From a candidate division WOR-3 bacterium (GTDB lineage Bacteria; Hydrothermota; Tepidihabitantia; Tepidihabitantales; CAIPLT01), in the NCBI GenBank assembly GCA_039801485.1, contig JBDRUR010000001.1, positions 1-56,520 of the forward strand: 56,520 bases of DNA, written 5' to 3'. Each line of letters begins with the position of its first letter. Position 1 is the stretch's first letter. The notes under the pieces are model-generated. The model saw only the letters and a program-made list of their open reading frames with translations. It was not told where the DNA came from and made no database searches. A program made the translations under genes and the position numbers. This document shows positions 9,091 to 18,303 of the stretch, in pieces.

Positions 9091-11652
9091 TTAGTCATAT
9101 CCGAACTTACGCACAAACCATTTTTTTACCAATTGCACTAATAAAAGATAAAGAACAATAATAATAATAAGTGCCACAAAATATAAAGACGGCGGTTTGA
9201 CAAACCCAAATAGTTTTGCCAAAGGAGAAAATGGAATTAATATGCCAACTGTAACTATGAATGTCGAAGTAAATATTAAAAATCTACTTGGTTTGCTTTC
9301 AACAAACGGGATTTTCCCGGTTCGGATAATGTGGATAACTAATGTCTGAGTACACAATGATTCAAGAAACCAGCCGGTATGGAATAGTGCTTGGTTATTT
9401 GCTTTCGCCTTAAAAATAAAATACAGGACCGCAAAGGTAATAAAATCGAATATTGATGAGACCGGTCCTAAAGATATCATAAATTTCTTTATTGAATTAA
9501 CTTGCCAGGAACGGGGTTTTGATAAATACTCACTATCAACCTCATCGGACGGAATTGCTACTTGTGATAAATCATATAGAAAATTATTCAATAATACTTG
9601 AATCGGTAACATTGGTAAAAATGGTAAAAGCAAACTTGCACCAGTCATACTTATCATATTTCCGAAATTGGAACTTGAACCCATTTTAATATATTTAACA
9701 ATATTACCGAATGTTTTTCTACCCTCGATAATACCATCTTTTAGTACCATCAAACTCTTTTTAAGTAATATAATATTTGCAGATTCTTTTGCGATATCAA
9801 CCGCATTATTTACGGAAATTCCAACATCTGATGCCTTTAATGCTAACGCATCATTTATGCCATCGCCCAAATAACCGACGATATGGTTATTCGCATGTAA
9901 AGCTCGAATTACTCTTTCTTTTTGTATTGGTGAAAGCCGGGCGAATATATTAGTAGTTTTAACTAATTCTTTGAGTTCATCGTCATTTGCTTTTTCAACT
10001 TGGTCGCCAACAAGTAATCTCTTGACATCTAAACCGACTTCACTGCAAATCTTCTTTGTTACCAGCTCATTATCACCAGTCAAAACCTTAAATTCAATGC
10101 CCAATTTTTTCAAGGCGGCAATTGTTCGCTTAGCAGTTGGTCTTGGTGGATCAAGAAATGCGACATAACCTTTTAGAATCAAATTTTTCTCATCGTCCTT
10201 AGAATAAGCCGTTTGTTTATTATTAATTTCTTTATAGGCAATGGCAAGAACTCTAAAACCTTGATTGCTTAAATTATCACATTCTTCTTTCAAGTCTGCC
10301 AAAATCCAATCGCCAATGTCTAATATTGCACCTTCTAATTCATATTTAGAACATCTTTTAAAAATTTCCTCAGGGGCGCCTTTGGCAATGAGCAGATGTT
10401 TCCCATTAGCTTCAACTACGACTGACATTATCTTTCGAGAAAAGTCAAATGGTATTTCATCAACTTTTTTATATTCCTTTACTAAGAATTTTTCGTGTCG
10501 TAAAATTGCTCGGTCTAATAAGTTTTTCAGACCGGTTTGATAAAAACTATTGATATAAGCAAGTCTCAAAACATCTTCATTGTCTCTTCTTGCAACATCA
10601 CAATGTTGTTCAAGAATAATTCGGTCTAAAGTAATCGTACCGGTTTTATCAGTACATAATACATCCATTGCGCCAAGATTCTGGATGGAATTTAATCGTT
10701 TCACTATTACTTGCTTTTCGGACATGGCAATTGCGCCTTTGGAGAGATTAATAGTGACTAACATCGGTAGCATTTCAGGAGTGAGGCCAACAGCAACTGC
10801 CAAAGAAAACAATAGTGCTTGAATTGGATTGCCTTTTGAAATTGTATTTATCAAAAAGATGATTGCGACCAACAAAAGCATATACCGTATCATCAGCATC
10901 GTGAATTGATGTATTCCTTTATCAAAGCTGGTTTCAACTCGCATTGTTGTGAGGTGACGAGAAAGTTCGCCAAATTGGGTGGCGATGCCAGTTTTTATTA
11001 CTACTCCTAAACCTGTTCCGCTGACGACGCTCGAACCCATAAAAGCAATATTAGTTAGCTCAGTTATAGTATTACTTTTGGGCTCAATTGGTTCAGAACT
11101 CTTTTCAATTGGAAATGACTCGCCAGTTAAAGATGCCTGATTAATAAATAAGTCTTTGCATGATATTATTCGCAAATCGGCGGGAACAATGTCACCGGCA
11201 GATAATTCGACAATATCGCCAGGGACGATCTCCGAAATTTTTATCTCTTTTGGTTTACCATCGCGAAACACTGTGGCAGTTGTTCGGACCATTTCACTGA
11301 GCTTTTCGGCTTCTCTACCTGCCCGATATTCCTGAACAAAAGACAGAACCACGCTCATAATTGCCATCAATAACACCAGCAAAGCACTTATCTTTTCCCC
11401 AAATAAGAGTGAGAATATGGCAATGACCATAAGAACAATGACTAGCGGGCTAACAAATTTTGAAAGAATTTGAACAATAATCGTTCGTTCTTTTTTTCGG
11501 GCGGGTTCATTATAGCCATATTCTTCGAGACGCTTTCTTGCTTCATTATCAGTTAACCCTTTGATTGTTGTTTTCAATTTTTCGAAGATAAAATCCGGAC
11601 CGGTGCGAATATAGTCGAAGTCAACAACTTGTGGCTTTTTATTATCACTCAT
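9091..11652 (-). CDS. mgtA: Magnesium-translocating P-type ATPase
   Basis: 853 aa. Motifs: LTGES, phosphorylation site CTDKTGTIT, TGDN, GDGINDALALK. The MgtA-type C-terminal stretch LNNFLYDLSQVAIPSDEVD is present. Start overlaps the rdgB stop by 4 nt. Confidence 0.9.
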   Translation of the reverse strand: MSDNKKPQVVDFDYIRTGPDFIFEKLKTTIKGLTDNEARKRLEEYGYNEPARKKERTIIVQILSKFVSPLVIVLMVIAIFSLLFGEKISALLVLLMAIMSVVLSFVQEYRAGREAEKLSEMVRTTATVFRDGKPKEIKISEIVPGDIVELSAGDIVPADLRIISCKDLFINQASLTGESFPIEKSSEPIEPKSNTITELTNIAFMGSSVVSGTGLGVVIKTGIATQFGELSRHLTTMRVETSFDKGIHQFTMLMIRYMLLLVAIIFLINTISKGNPIQALLFSLAVAVGLTPEMLPMLVTINLSKGAIAMSEKQVIVKRLNSIQNLGAMDVLCTDKTGTITLDRIILEQHCDVARRDNEDVLRLAYINSFYQTGLKNLLDRAILRHEKFLVKEYKKVDEIPFDFSRKIMSVVVEANGKHLLIAKGAPEEIFKRCSKYELEGAILDIGDWILADLKEECDNLSNQGFRVLAIAYKEINNKQTAYSKDDEKNLILKGYVAFLDPPRPTAKRTIAALKKLGIEFKVLTGDNELVTKKICSEVGLDVKRLLVGDQVEKANDDELKELVKTTNIFARLSPIQKERVIRALHANNHIVGYLGDGINDALALKASDVGISVNNAVDIAKESANIILLKKSLMVLKDGIIEGRKTFGNIVKYIKMGSSSNFGNMISMTGASLLLPFLPMLPIQVLLNNFLYDLSQVAIPSDEVDSEYLSKPRSWQVNSIKKFMISLGPVSSIFDFITFAVLYFIFKAKANNQALFHTGWFLESLCTQTLVIHIIRTGKIPFVESKPSRFLIFTSTFIVTVGILIPFSPLAKLFGFVKPPSLYFVALIIIIVLYLLLVQLVKKWFVRKFGYD

Positions 11653-12254
11653 ACAATTTTTAATTGATTCAGATACTTTTTCACTTTCTCTAATGCTTTA
11701 GCTCGATGGCTAATTCTATTTTTTTCTTCTGCAGACATCTCGGCAAAGGTTTTGTCACAGCCGTTGGGCACAAAAATTGGGTCATAGCCAAAGCCAGTTT
11801 TACCTCTAACTTCATCAATAATATGACCTTCACAAATACCTTGAAACACTTCAGTTTTGCGATTAAACTGTCTGGGGAAGGCAACAGCACAGACACATAT
11901 AAATCTTGCTGTTCTTTTTTCTAATGGCACATTTTTAAGTTCTGCTAATAACTTTTTAACATTCTGCTCATAACTTGCGTTTTCACCGGCATACCTTGCT
12001 GAAAATATACCTGGTCGACTATTTAAAATATCAACTTCTAATCCGGTATCTTCGCCTAAGGTAATTAACCCAAATTTACTCATTACCGATTCTGCTTTTT
12101 TTATCGCATTTTCTTCAAAGGTTTTTCCGTCTTCGGTAATTGTAAAATCTGGGGCGAGGTCGGAAAGCGCTATTATTTCCCAGTTAAAATCTTTAAGAAT
12201 TGATTTAATCTCTAAAATTTTATGGCGATTTTTTGATGCCAGAATCAACTTCAC
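11649..12254 (-). CDS. rdgB: dITP/XTP pyrophosphatase (RdgB/HAM1 family)
   Basis: MKLILASKNRHKILEI, TFEENA, PGIFSARYAG, FGYDPIF, SHRAKAL. Confidence 0.9.
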   Translation of the reverse strand: MKLILASKNRHKILEIKSILKDFNWEIIALSDLAPDFTITEDGKTFEENAIKKAESVMSKFGLITLGEDTGLEVDILNSRPGIFSARYAGENASYEQNVKKLLAELKNVPLEKRTARFICVCAVAFPRQFNRKTEVFQGICEGHIIDEVRGKTGFGYDPIFVPNGCDKTFAEMSAEEKNRISHRAKALEKVKKYLNQLKIV

Positions 12255-13336
12255 AGATATTTCTTACCTTTAGGATCTTCGCCAATTAATTTAATGAGTT
12301 CTTTTAGTTGGGCTGATTTCTCCTTGGAAATAACCAGCGTAGCATTTCGGGTATTAATAATTATTAAACCTTTTACCCCCATAGCGGCAATTAAATTTTG
12401 ATTACTAACAATTATTGAATTTTTGGTATCTTTAACTACACAATTACCAATTTTTACATTGCCGGAAATATCTTTATCAAAATGTCTTTCTAATGCAAGC
12501 CATGAACCTACATCGTCCCAGAGAAAATTGGCTTTAATCACGACGATATTTTTAACTTTTTCTAAAACCGCATAGTCAATTGATGTTGCTGGTGCCTTTT
12601 GGTATATCTTATTAAGCAGTTTCTGTTCCTTATTTGTGCCAATCATTTCCTGAAAATATTTTAGCACATCATAAAATTCCGGCAAACATTGCTGAATTGC
12701 CGTAAGTATGGTGGAAGTTTTCCAAACAAACATCCCGCTATTCCAGAAATATGTTTTGGCTTTAAGATATTGCTTGGCGAGTTTCAGGTTCGGTTTCTCG
12801 ACAAAACGTTTTCCATAAAAGCTTTGAATCTTTCCTTTTGCCTTGTATCTTTCACCAACATGGATATAACCATAACCAGTATCTGGTGAAGTCGGCGGAA
12901 TGCCGAATGTGACCAGATATTCGTTTTGAGCAATTTCATAAGCAAACTTCACACAGTCGCAAAATTTATCTTCCTGACTAATTAAATGGTCTGCTGGCAG
13001 AACAATCATAGTTGAATTCGGCGATAGTTTTTCAAGATAAATTGCGGATAAGGCAATTGCCGGTGCGGTATTGCGTCCAATCGGTTCAATAATAATATTT
13101 TTGTCGGTCAATGGTATTTGACTTTTAAGTATCGGCACCAATCTTTTTGGAATTACATAAAATTGCTGCCTTAATGGAATTAATTTATTAATCCGTTTGT
13201 AGGTCTGTCGGATTAACGAATCCTTGCCAAACAAACTAATAAATTGTTTTGGGAAATCTGCTCGGCTCATTGGCCAGAACCTCTCGCCTTTGCCACCGGC
13301 AAGTATAACAGCGTAAAATTTTGATATTTGCTTCAT
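12251..13336 (-). CDS. manC: Mannose-1-phosphate guanylyltransferase (nucleotidyltransferase domain only, no cupin/PMI domain)
   Basis: AVILAGGKGERFWPMSR, GRNTAPAI, VLPADHLI, FVEKP, WNSGMFVW. 361 aa. First gene of the manC-rdgB-mgtA overlap-coupled operon. Confidence 0.85.
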   Translation of the reverse strand: MKQISKFYAVILAGGKGERFWPMSRADFPKQFISLFGKDSLIRQTYKRINKLIPLRQQFYVIPKRLVPILKSQIPLTDKNIIIEPIGRNTAPAIALSAIYLEKLSPNSTMIVLPADHLISQEDKFCDCVKFAYEIAQNEYLVTFGIPPTSPDTGYGYIHVGERYKAKGKIQSFYGKRFVEKPNLKLAKQYLKAKTYFWNSGMFVWKTSTILTAIQQCLPEFYDVLKYFQEMIGTNKEQKLLNKIYQKAPATSIDYAVLEKVKNIVVIKANFLWDDVGSWLALERHFDKDISGNVKIGNCVVKDTKNSIIVSNQNLIAAMGVKGLIIINTRNATLVISKEKSAQLKELIKLIGEDPKGKKYL

Positions 13337-13409
13337 TGTTTTTATATTATAAACTTATATTGATTTGTCAATTAAAATAATTGACTTTTAACCAATTATT
13401 AAGTAGATT
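13283..13409. repeat. Copy A of a duplicated ~127-bp segment (manC 5' end plus the manC / tRNA-Ser divergent promoter region)
   Basis: Aligns by eye at roughly 80 percent identity, with two 1-nt gaps, to 18250..18378. For example TTGCCACCGGCAAGTATAAC vs TTACCACCGGCAATTATAAC, and TTTTATATTATAA...ATTGATTTGT...AAAATAATTGA shared. Confidence 0.7.
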
Positions 13410-13453
13410 ATATTATAAATAAAATTTGCTCTTTTACAATTTGGAAATAATCA

Positions 13454-13540
13454 GGAGGGCTAGTCCTAATTTGGTAAGGCACCGGACTTGAAATCCGGCT
13501 CCCAGTAATGGGAATGTGGGTTCGAATCCCTCGCCCTCCG
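13454..13540 (+). tRNA. tRNA-Ser (anticodon TGA), class II
   Basis: Acceptor GGAGGGC/GCCCTCC with discriminator G. Perfect anticodon stem CCGGA/TCCGG with loop CTTGAAA. Long variable arm CCCAGTAATGGG. T-loop TTCGAAT. One T-T mismatch in the T-stem. Confidence 0.8.
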
Positions 13541-13551
13541 TTTTAGTAATC

Positions 13552-13642
13552 GGAGAGGTGGCCGAGAGTGGTCTAAGGCGCCCGCTTGCTAAGCGGTCGC
13601 ACGGGTAAAACCGTGCCGTGGGTTCGAATCCCACCCTCTCCG
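13552..13642 (+). tRNA. tRNA-Ser (anticodon GCT), class II
   Basis: GGAGAGGTGGCCGAGAGTGGTCTAAGGCG is a typical Ser 5' half. Anticodon loop TTGCTAA. Variable arm GCACGGGTAAAACCGTGC. T-arm GTGGGTTCGAATCCCAC. Acceptor closes with CCTCTCC plus G. Confidence 0.85.
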
Positions 13643-13701
13643 TTAATCCTAAAAAAGCGAGGCGAAGATATTACGGAGGCAAATCAACAACAAAAGTATT
13701 T

Positions 13702-13941
13702 ATGTCAGAGCTGCGCAAAGCTAAGGACAAAAGCAGAGATTCTGGCACAAATGTTGACAGCAGCCAACATCTGGAATATTGTTGTTACTGTTACCAAGTT
13801 GGGAAATTTACCGAACTAAACATAACAATGGAAGAGCTGATTGAAAAGTGCGCTAACATTATGAGGGAGATGAAAATGTCCGAAGTACAGATTGAACAAA
13901 CAAAAACATTTATCCCCATGTTTAAAAGATGGAGAGAATAA
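13702..13941 (+). CDS. Small putative zinc-ribbon-family protein, apparently lacking its N-terminal CxxC in frame (possible frameshift)
   Basis: From ATG 13702: MSELRKAKDKSRDSGTNVDSSQHLEYCCYCYQVGKFTELNITMEELIEKCANIMREMKMSEVQIEQTKTFIPMFKRWRE. This resembles the C-terminal two thirds of short zinc-ribbon proteins. A CQSC motif lies at 13703..13714 in a different frame. Confidence 0.5.
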   Translation: MSELRKAKDKSRDSGTNVDSSQHLEYCCYCYQVGKFTELNITMEELIEKCANIMREMKMSEVQIEQTKTFIPMFKRWRE

Positions 13942-13969
13942 TATAAGTAAAATTGAGGAAATTTTACAG

Positions 13970-14464
13970 GTGGCAATCAAACCAAAAGAGAAAGTTACAC
14001 TTTTGGCGAATGAGATAAAAAAGAATAAAAAGTTTGTTAATAAAATAATTGAATATTTTGAATCAGCGTCCGCTGGCGACCAAGGACATTTGATAGAATC
14101 TTTGGAATATGCATCTCAAGAGAAACCTGAATTTATTGAACCTCGCCTTGATTTTGTGATTCGCCATTTGAAAAACAAAGCACCGAGAGTGAAATGGGAA
14201 TGCGCCAGAATAATTGCCAATCTATCGGGAAAATTTCCGGATAAAACCGAAAAAGCGATTCCCAACTTATTGCAAAATGCAACTGATAAAGGCACAGTTG
14301 TTCGTTGGAGCGTGGCTTTAGCTTTAACTGAAATCGCCAAACAGAACCTTAGAACCAGAAAACAACTTCTCCCGATTTTTGAAAAGATGCTCAAAAGTGA
14401 AAAGAACAATGGTGTAAAGAATATTTACCTTAAAACACTGAAAACGATTAAGAAGGAGGAATGA
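13970..14464 (+). CDS. HEAT/ARM-like repeat protein (possibly AlkD-like DNA-alkylation-repair fold)
   Basis: Helical repeats: RLDFVIRHLKNKAPRVKWECARIIANL and AIPNLLQNATDKGTVVRWSVALALTEIA. I prefer GTG 13970 (GAGGA 10 nt upstream) over the track's TTG at 13892, which overlaps the previous gene. Confidence 0.45.
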   Translation: MAIKPKEKVTLLANEIKKNKKFVNKIIEYFESASAGDQGHLIESLEYASQEKPEFIEPRLDFVIRHLKNKAPRVKWECARIIANLSGKFPDKTEKAIPNLLQNATDKGTVVRWSVALALTEIAKQNLRTRKQLLPIFEKMLKSEKNNGVKNIYLKTLKTIKKEE

Positions 14465-14490
14465 TACATTAAAAATAATTAAACATAACT

Positions 14491-14988
14491 ATGAAAAAAA
14501 CCTGGATACAAAAATTAGAAGATAAAGGGACATTTCCGAAGGTAATAAAATTGGAAAAGCATAAACCTTGTTATAATGCACTCCATAAAATGGGGATAAA
14601 TGAAGGTGAACGGATAGTTTTAGTTAATCCTTCAGAAATAATGCCATTGATGGCAAAAGTGCCGAAAGGGAAAGTAATTACGATTAGGGAGATTTGTCAG
14701 AAAATTGCCAAAAATCACAAAGTTAAAGGATGTTGCACATTAACAACTGGTATTTTTATAATGATCATTGCTAACGCAGTGCAAGAAGCAATCGCCAAAA
14801 AGGAAAAATCAATGCTTGCTAAAATCCCATATTGGCGGACTCTTAAAGCCGAAGGATTCTTAAATGAAAAATACCCAGGTGGTCTTGAGTCACATAAAAA
14901 ACTATTGGAAAGCGAAGGCCATAATATAATTTCAAAAGGCAAAAAATATCAGGTAGTCGATTTTGAAAAATCACTAATACGATTATAA
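14491..14988 (+). CDS. MGMT-family / alkyltransferase-like (ATL) protein without the acceptor cysteine
   Basis: C-terminal region KIPYWRTLKAEGFLNEKYPGGLESHKKLLESEGHNI parallels the O6-alkylguanine transferase IPCHRVV...G.L.GY.GG...K..LL..EG segment. It has PYWR in place of PCHR. Confidence 0.45.
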   Translation: MKKTWIQKLEDKGTFPKVIKLEKHKPCYNALHKMGINEGERIVLVNPSEIMPLMAKVPKGKVITIREICQKIAKNHKVKGCCTLTTGIFIMIIANAVQEAIAKKEKSMLAKIPYWRTLKAEGFLNEKYPGGLESHKKLLESEGHNIISKGKKYQVVDFEKSLIRL

Positions 14989-15533
14989 TTATTCCCTAAT
15001 AATGCAATGTCAAAAGATCGTAGCCACTTCGGAGGAGGTTAGATGTTATTTTATTGATTTTTATTTATTTTCTAACCAAAAGACTAATTTTAACTATATG
15101 TACTGCATTCCTAACTTAATCCCAATCTGGCAATCAAAGTTACAATTAAGGTGGCTTAGTCACTAAGCACTTAACTGCCTGCTTAGCAAATTATCGTTTA
15201 GCCAACATAACAATTAATATTGTTGCAACTGTTTTATACGATTAAATATCAGTTACAACAACCAGATAATTACCAAGACAATTTCCGTTAATTCATTGGA
15301 TAAAACAAAATCTATAGGTCAGCCCCCTGTACTATACAGCATGGCAGAGCGATTTTTATAATAACCTTTTGTTTATCAATAAGTTATATAAAAATTCTGC
15401 GTTAAAATTTGTCTATATATAAATAGACTTTTGTGAATTAATGTTTAGTTAACTTTTCAGTGGAAAGATCAGTTCGAATAACAATTAAATCTCATAGACC
15501 GGATGGTATTTCTCGGATATATCGCATAATGTA

Positions 15534-15561
15534 TTGATTTTTTATCATAAGTTCGTATAAT
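15534..15561 (+). promoter_or_regulatory. Sigma70-like promoter of gltX (TTGATT-16-TATAAT), -10 ends 9 nt before the ATG
   Basis: TTGATT at 15534..15539, TATAAT at 15556..15561, ATG at 15571. No SD in between. Confidence 0.5.
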
Positions 15562-15570
15562 CATTATTGG

Positions 15571-16983
15571 ATGAATAATCAGGAAATTCGTGTTCGAATT
15601 GCGCCAAGCCCAACTGGTGCTCTACATGTTGGGTTAGTTCGTTCGGCGTTGTATAATTGGTTGTTTGCTCGTCATAATAATGGCAAGTTTATCTTAAGGA
15701 TTGAAGATACCGATGTTTCGCGTTCTACCCAAGAATCGGTCCAGGCAATCATTGAAGGTTTTAAATGGGTTGGGCTTGATTGGGATGAAGGACCGTATTT
15801 CCAGTCCCAAAGACTTAATATTTATCGTGCCTATGCCCAGAAGCTGCTTGATGAAAAAAAAGCCTATTATTGTTATTGTAATCCTGAAGAATTAGAAAGC
15901 GAGCGTCAAAAAGCCTGGCAAAAGAAAATTCCTTGGAGATATGACCGCCGTTGTTTTCATCTCAGCGCGGATATTAAAGCCAGATATGATAAGGAAAATC
16001 GACCAAAAGCCTTGCGTTTTCTCATTCCTAATGAGACGGTAATTTTTGATGATATTATTCATGGCACAATTAAAAAAGAACCTCAGGATATCGAAGATTT
16101 TATTATAATGCGTGCCGACGGAACGCCTACTTACAACTTTGCGGTCGTAATTGATGATGCTGAAATGAGGATTAATTACATCATTCGAGCAGTAGAACAT
16201 ATTGCGAATACGCCAAAACAGATTTTATTATATAAAGCCCTAAATTTTCCAATACCGAAATTTGCCCACTTGCCGTTGATATTAGGAACTGATAAAAAGA
16301 AACTGTCCAAGCGTCACGGCGCTCTTTCTTTATGGGAATATAAAAAGGCTGGTTTTTTACCGGATGCGATTATCAATTTCTTGGCACTACTTGGTTGGTC
16401 ACCAGGTCACGACATTGAGATTATGGACCGGAAACAAATGATCGAACTTTTTACATTAGAAAAGGTGAATAAAGCTAATGCAATCTTTGATATTAAGAAA
16501 TTAGAATGGATGAATAGCGTCTATATAAAGAATATGGCAAGTGAGAAATTGGGTAAAGAACTGAAACCATTTCTTAATGAAATAGATATTATGCCAAATG
16601 ATGATGAGCGGTTCTTAAAAATACTTGATTTAACTAAAGTTCGAGTTAGAACGCTAACTGAATTAAGAGATATGGTTTCAGCATTTTATCAAAAAGAACC
16701 CACATTTGACCAACAAGCCGTTAATAAATATATTACCCCAAAAACCAAAGAATACCTGAAGCTATTACAATCACGATTTGAAAAATTAACTGATTTTAAC
16801 GCATTGAATTTAGAAAATGAACTGAGAAATTTGGCGAGCGAATTAAATATTAAAGCCGCAGAATTAGTCCATCCCTGTCGCGTTGCCTTGACCGGTAAAA
16901 CAGTTGGACCACCATTGTTTGAGACCATTGAATTATTAGGCAAATCGGCTGTTCTTGAACGGCTAAACAATATTATTCAATGA
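15571..16983 (+). CDS. gltX: Glutamyl-tRNA synthetase
   Basis: RVRIAPSPTGALHVG (HIGH-type), KLSKRHG (KMSKS), YNFAVVIDD, ALLGWSP. 470 aa. Confidence 0.95.
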   Translation: MNNQEIRVRIAPSPTGALHVGLVRSALYNWLFARHNNGKFILRIEDTDVSRSTQESVQAIIEGFKWVGLDWDEGPYFQSQRLNIYRAYAQKLLDEKKAYYCYCNPEELESERQKAWQKKIPWRYDRRCFHLSADIKARYDKENRPKALRFLIPNETVIFDDIIHGTIKKEPQDIEDFIIMRADGTPTYNFAVVIDDAEMRINYIIRAVEHIANTPKQILLYKALNFPIPKFAHLPLILGTDKKKLSKRHGALSLWEYKKAGFLPDAIINFLALLGWSPGHDIEIMDRKQMIELFTLEKVNKANAIFDIKKLEWMNSVYIKNMASEKLGKELKPFLNEIDIMPNDDERFLKILDLTKVRVRTLTELRDMVSAFYQKEPTFDQQAVNKYITPKTKEYLKLLQSRFEKLTDFNALNLENELRNLASELNIKAAELVHPCRVALTGKTVGPPLFETIELLGKSAVLERLNNIIQ

Positions 16984-17192
16984 GACCATAGAAAAAATTT
17001 AACCACAGATTATACCACGTCGTCAGTCCGTACTTGACAATGTTCCAGTTTTTTCACAAATAAACACGAATAAAATAAATGTCACCCTGAATCCATTTCT
17101 GGGGCCGCAATCAATTTTAATTGATAAAAACCTTAACATGTTAGTAATCGCTATATTGAGCAGGGTATAGTTCTAAATATAATTAAATATTA

Positions 17193-17879
17193 TTACTCAT
17201 AATCTGTTTTTAAAGAATACCGAATTCTAGTTGGTTCTCCAGGAACACGAATAATTAATTCAAAAGCAGCTTGTTCATTCGGACCTAAGTTATATCCTGC
17301 AATATAATTCCAATCTTCCGCAAGTTTTGTTTGCTCGTTAGTATCATAGACTGTAGTCAATACCTTGACTCCATATGCTGTAATATTTTTACTCCTATTT
17401 TTAACACTACCGGTAACGGTAAGATATCCATAACGGTATTCACTTTTCGAATCAAGTATGAAAATATCTGCTTTCTGCTTGGGGATATAAGAAGAAGATT
17501 TATCGGCTGTTTTGTCTGATTTAAACATTCCACTAACGAATACAATTATTATTGCGATAATGATTAACGAAACACACCCTATTAAAGCGTTTTGCGTCTT
17601 TTTGGCTTCATCTTGTTCTTTTAATTTTTTTTGTATTTCAAATCGTGTTTTTTCTTCATCATATATTTTCTTTTTTTCTTCAGATGTTAATTCGTATTTT
17701 CGATTATCTTCAAAAATTGAAGTTTTTCCGATAGTTCTCCAAAATGGATCACCGAAGATTTCTTCCGATTGAATTTGTGCAACAGGCGAAATCTTCCCCT
17801 CTTGTATTTCTTTTATCAGGTGCTCTTTTGATTCAATGTATCTTTCTTGATTATCAATTTTAATTTTTATCATGTTCAC
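17193..17879 (-). CDS. Single-pass membrane protein, uncharacterised (C-terminal FxLYD-like beta domain possible)
   Basis: 228 aa. Charged helical linker (EEKKKIYDEEKTRFEIQKKLKEQDEAKK), one TM (LIGCVSLIIIAIIIVFVSGMF), and an extracytoplasmic beta-rich C-terminus. GGGGGTGAAC precedes the ATG. Confidence 0.5.
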   Translation of the reverse strand: MNMIKIKIDNQERYIESKEHLIKEIQEGKISPVAQIQSEEIFGDPFWRTIGKTSIFEDNRKYELTSEEKKKIYDEEKTRFEIQKKLKEQDEAKKTQNALIGCVSLIIIAIIIVFVSGMFKSDKTADKSSSYIPKQKADIFILDSKSEYRYGYLTVTGSVKNRSKNITAYGVKVLTTVYDTNEQTKLAEDWNYIAGYNLGPNEQAAFELIIRVPGEPTRIRYSLKTDYE

Positions 17880-17957
17880 CCCCAGCGCACAGAAGGTATT
17901 TTTCTCAAATTGGCTTCGACATCTCTAAAATAACAGTCTTGTCATCTTCATAATTAA

Positions 17958-17985
17958 ATAATACAGGATTTATTTAAATTGTCAA
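17958..17985 (-). promoter_or_regulatory. Sigma70-like promoter (TTGACA-16-TATTAT) for the 17193..17879 gene, with a leader of about 70 nt
   Basis: Reverse complement reads TTGACA (17985..17980), 16-nt spacer, TATTAT (17963..17958). Confidence 0.45.
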
Positions 17986-18174
17986 CTCTACAATATGATG
18001 GTTTAAAAATGCAATTGTGGAGATGATCCTTCAAACTGTGTCACACCCATTTTATTATATGTTTATGTGTTAGAGCTGTTAAGATGAAATCTGTATTTTG
18101 GATGCGTTCGAAGATGTCTCGGTCAAAACCACGCCGATCCATTTTGACATTAGCGCATTAACTTCGCACGAGGG

Positions 18175-18303
18175 TTATTTAATGCAGATGCGACTTGATA
18201 TACTTGTTAATAACCCTAAAAACTTAAAAATCCTACAAAATATAATGTCTTCGCTTTTACCACCGGCAATTATAACGGCATTAAAATTTGATGTTTGTTT
18301 CAT
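18175..18303 (-). pseudogene. Truncated paralogous fragment of a manC-like nucleotidyltransferase 5' end (42 codons)
   Basis: Reverse complement reads MKQTSNFNAVIIAGGKSEDIIFCRIF...*, compared with manC MKQISKFYAVILAGGKGERFWP. Similarity stops after about 20 codons and the GGxGxR motif is degraded (GGKSED). Confidence 0.5.

Noticed and set aside
11649-11700. Mg2+ (M-box) riboswitch or leader upstream of mgtA
   Set aside because: The mgtA start overlaps the rdgB stop by 4 nt, so there is no untranslated leader in which a riboswitch could reside.
13434-13819. Track ORFs 13434..13634(-), 13586..13819(+) and the first 28 codons of 13618..13941(+)
   Set aside because: They run through two well-folded tRNA-Ser genes. 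Only the part downstream of ATG 13702 looks protein-coding.
15043-15057. GGAGGAGG followed by a 4-codon mini-ORF (MLFY-stop), possibly a leader peptide
   Set aside because: No downstream gene lies within 500 nt for it to regulate, and no attenuator structure could be linked to it. It is mentioned only inside the intergenic-region finding.
15472-15479. Possible att-site repeat of the tRNA-Ser 3' end marking an integrated element
   Set aside because: Only an 8-nt GTTCGAAT match to the T-loop region was found. That is too short to be meaningful, and no integrase is present.
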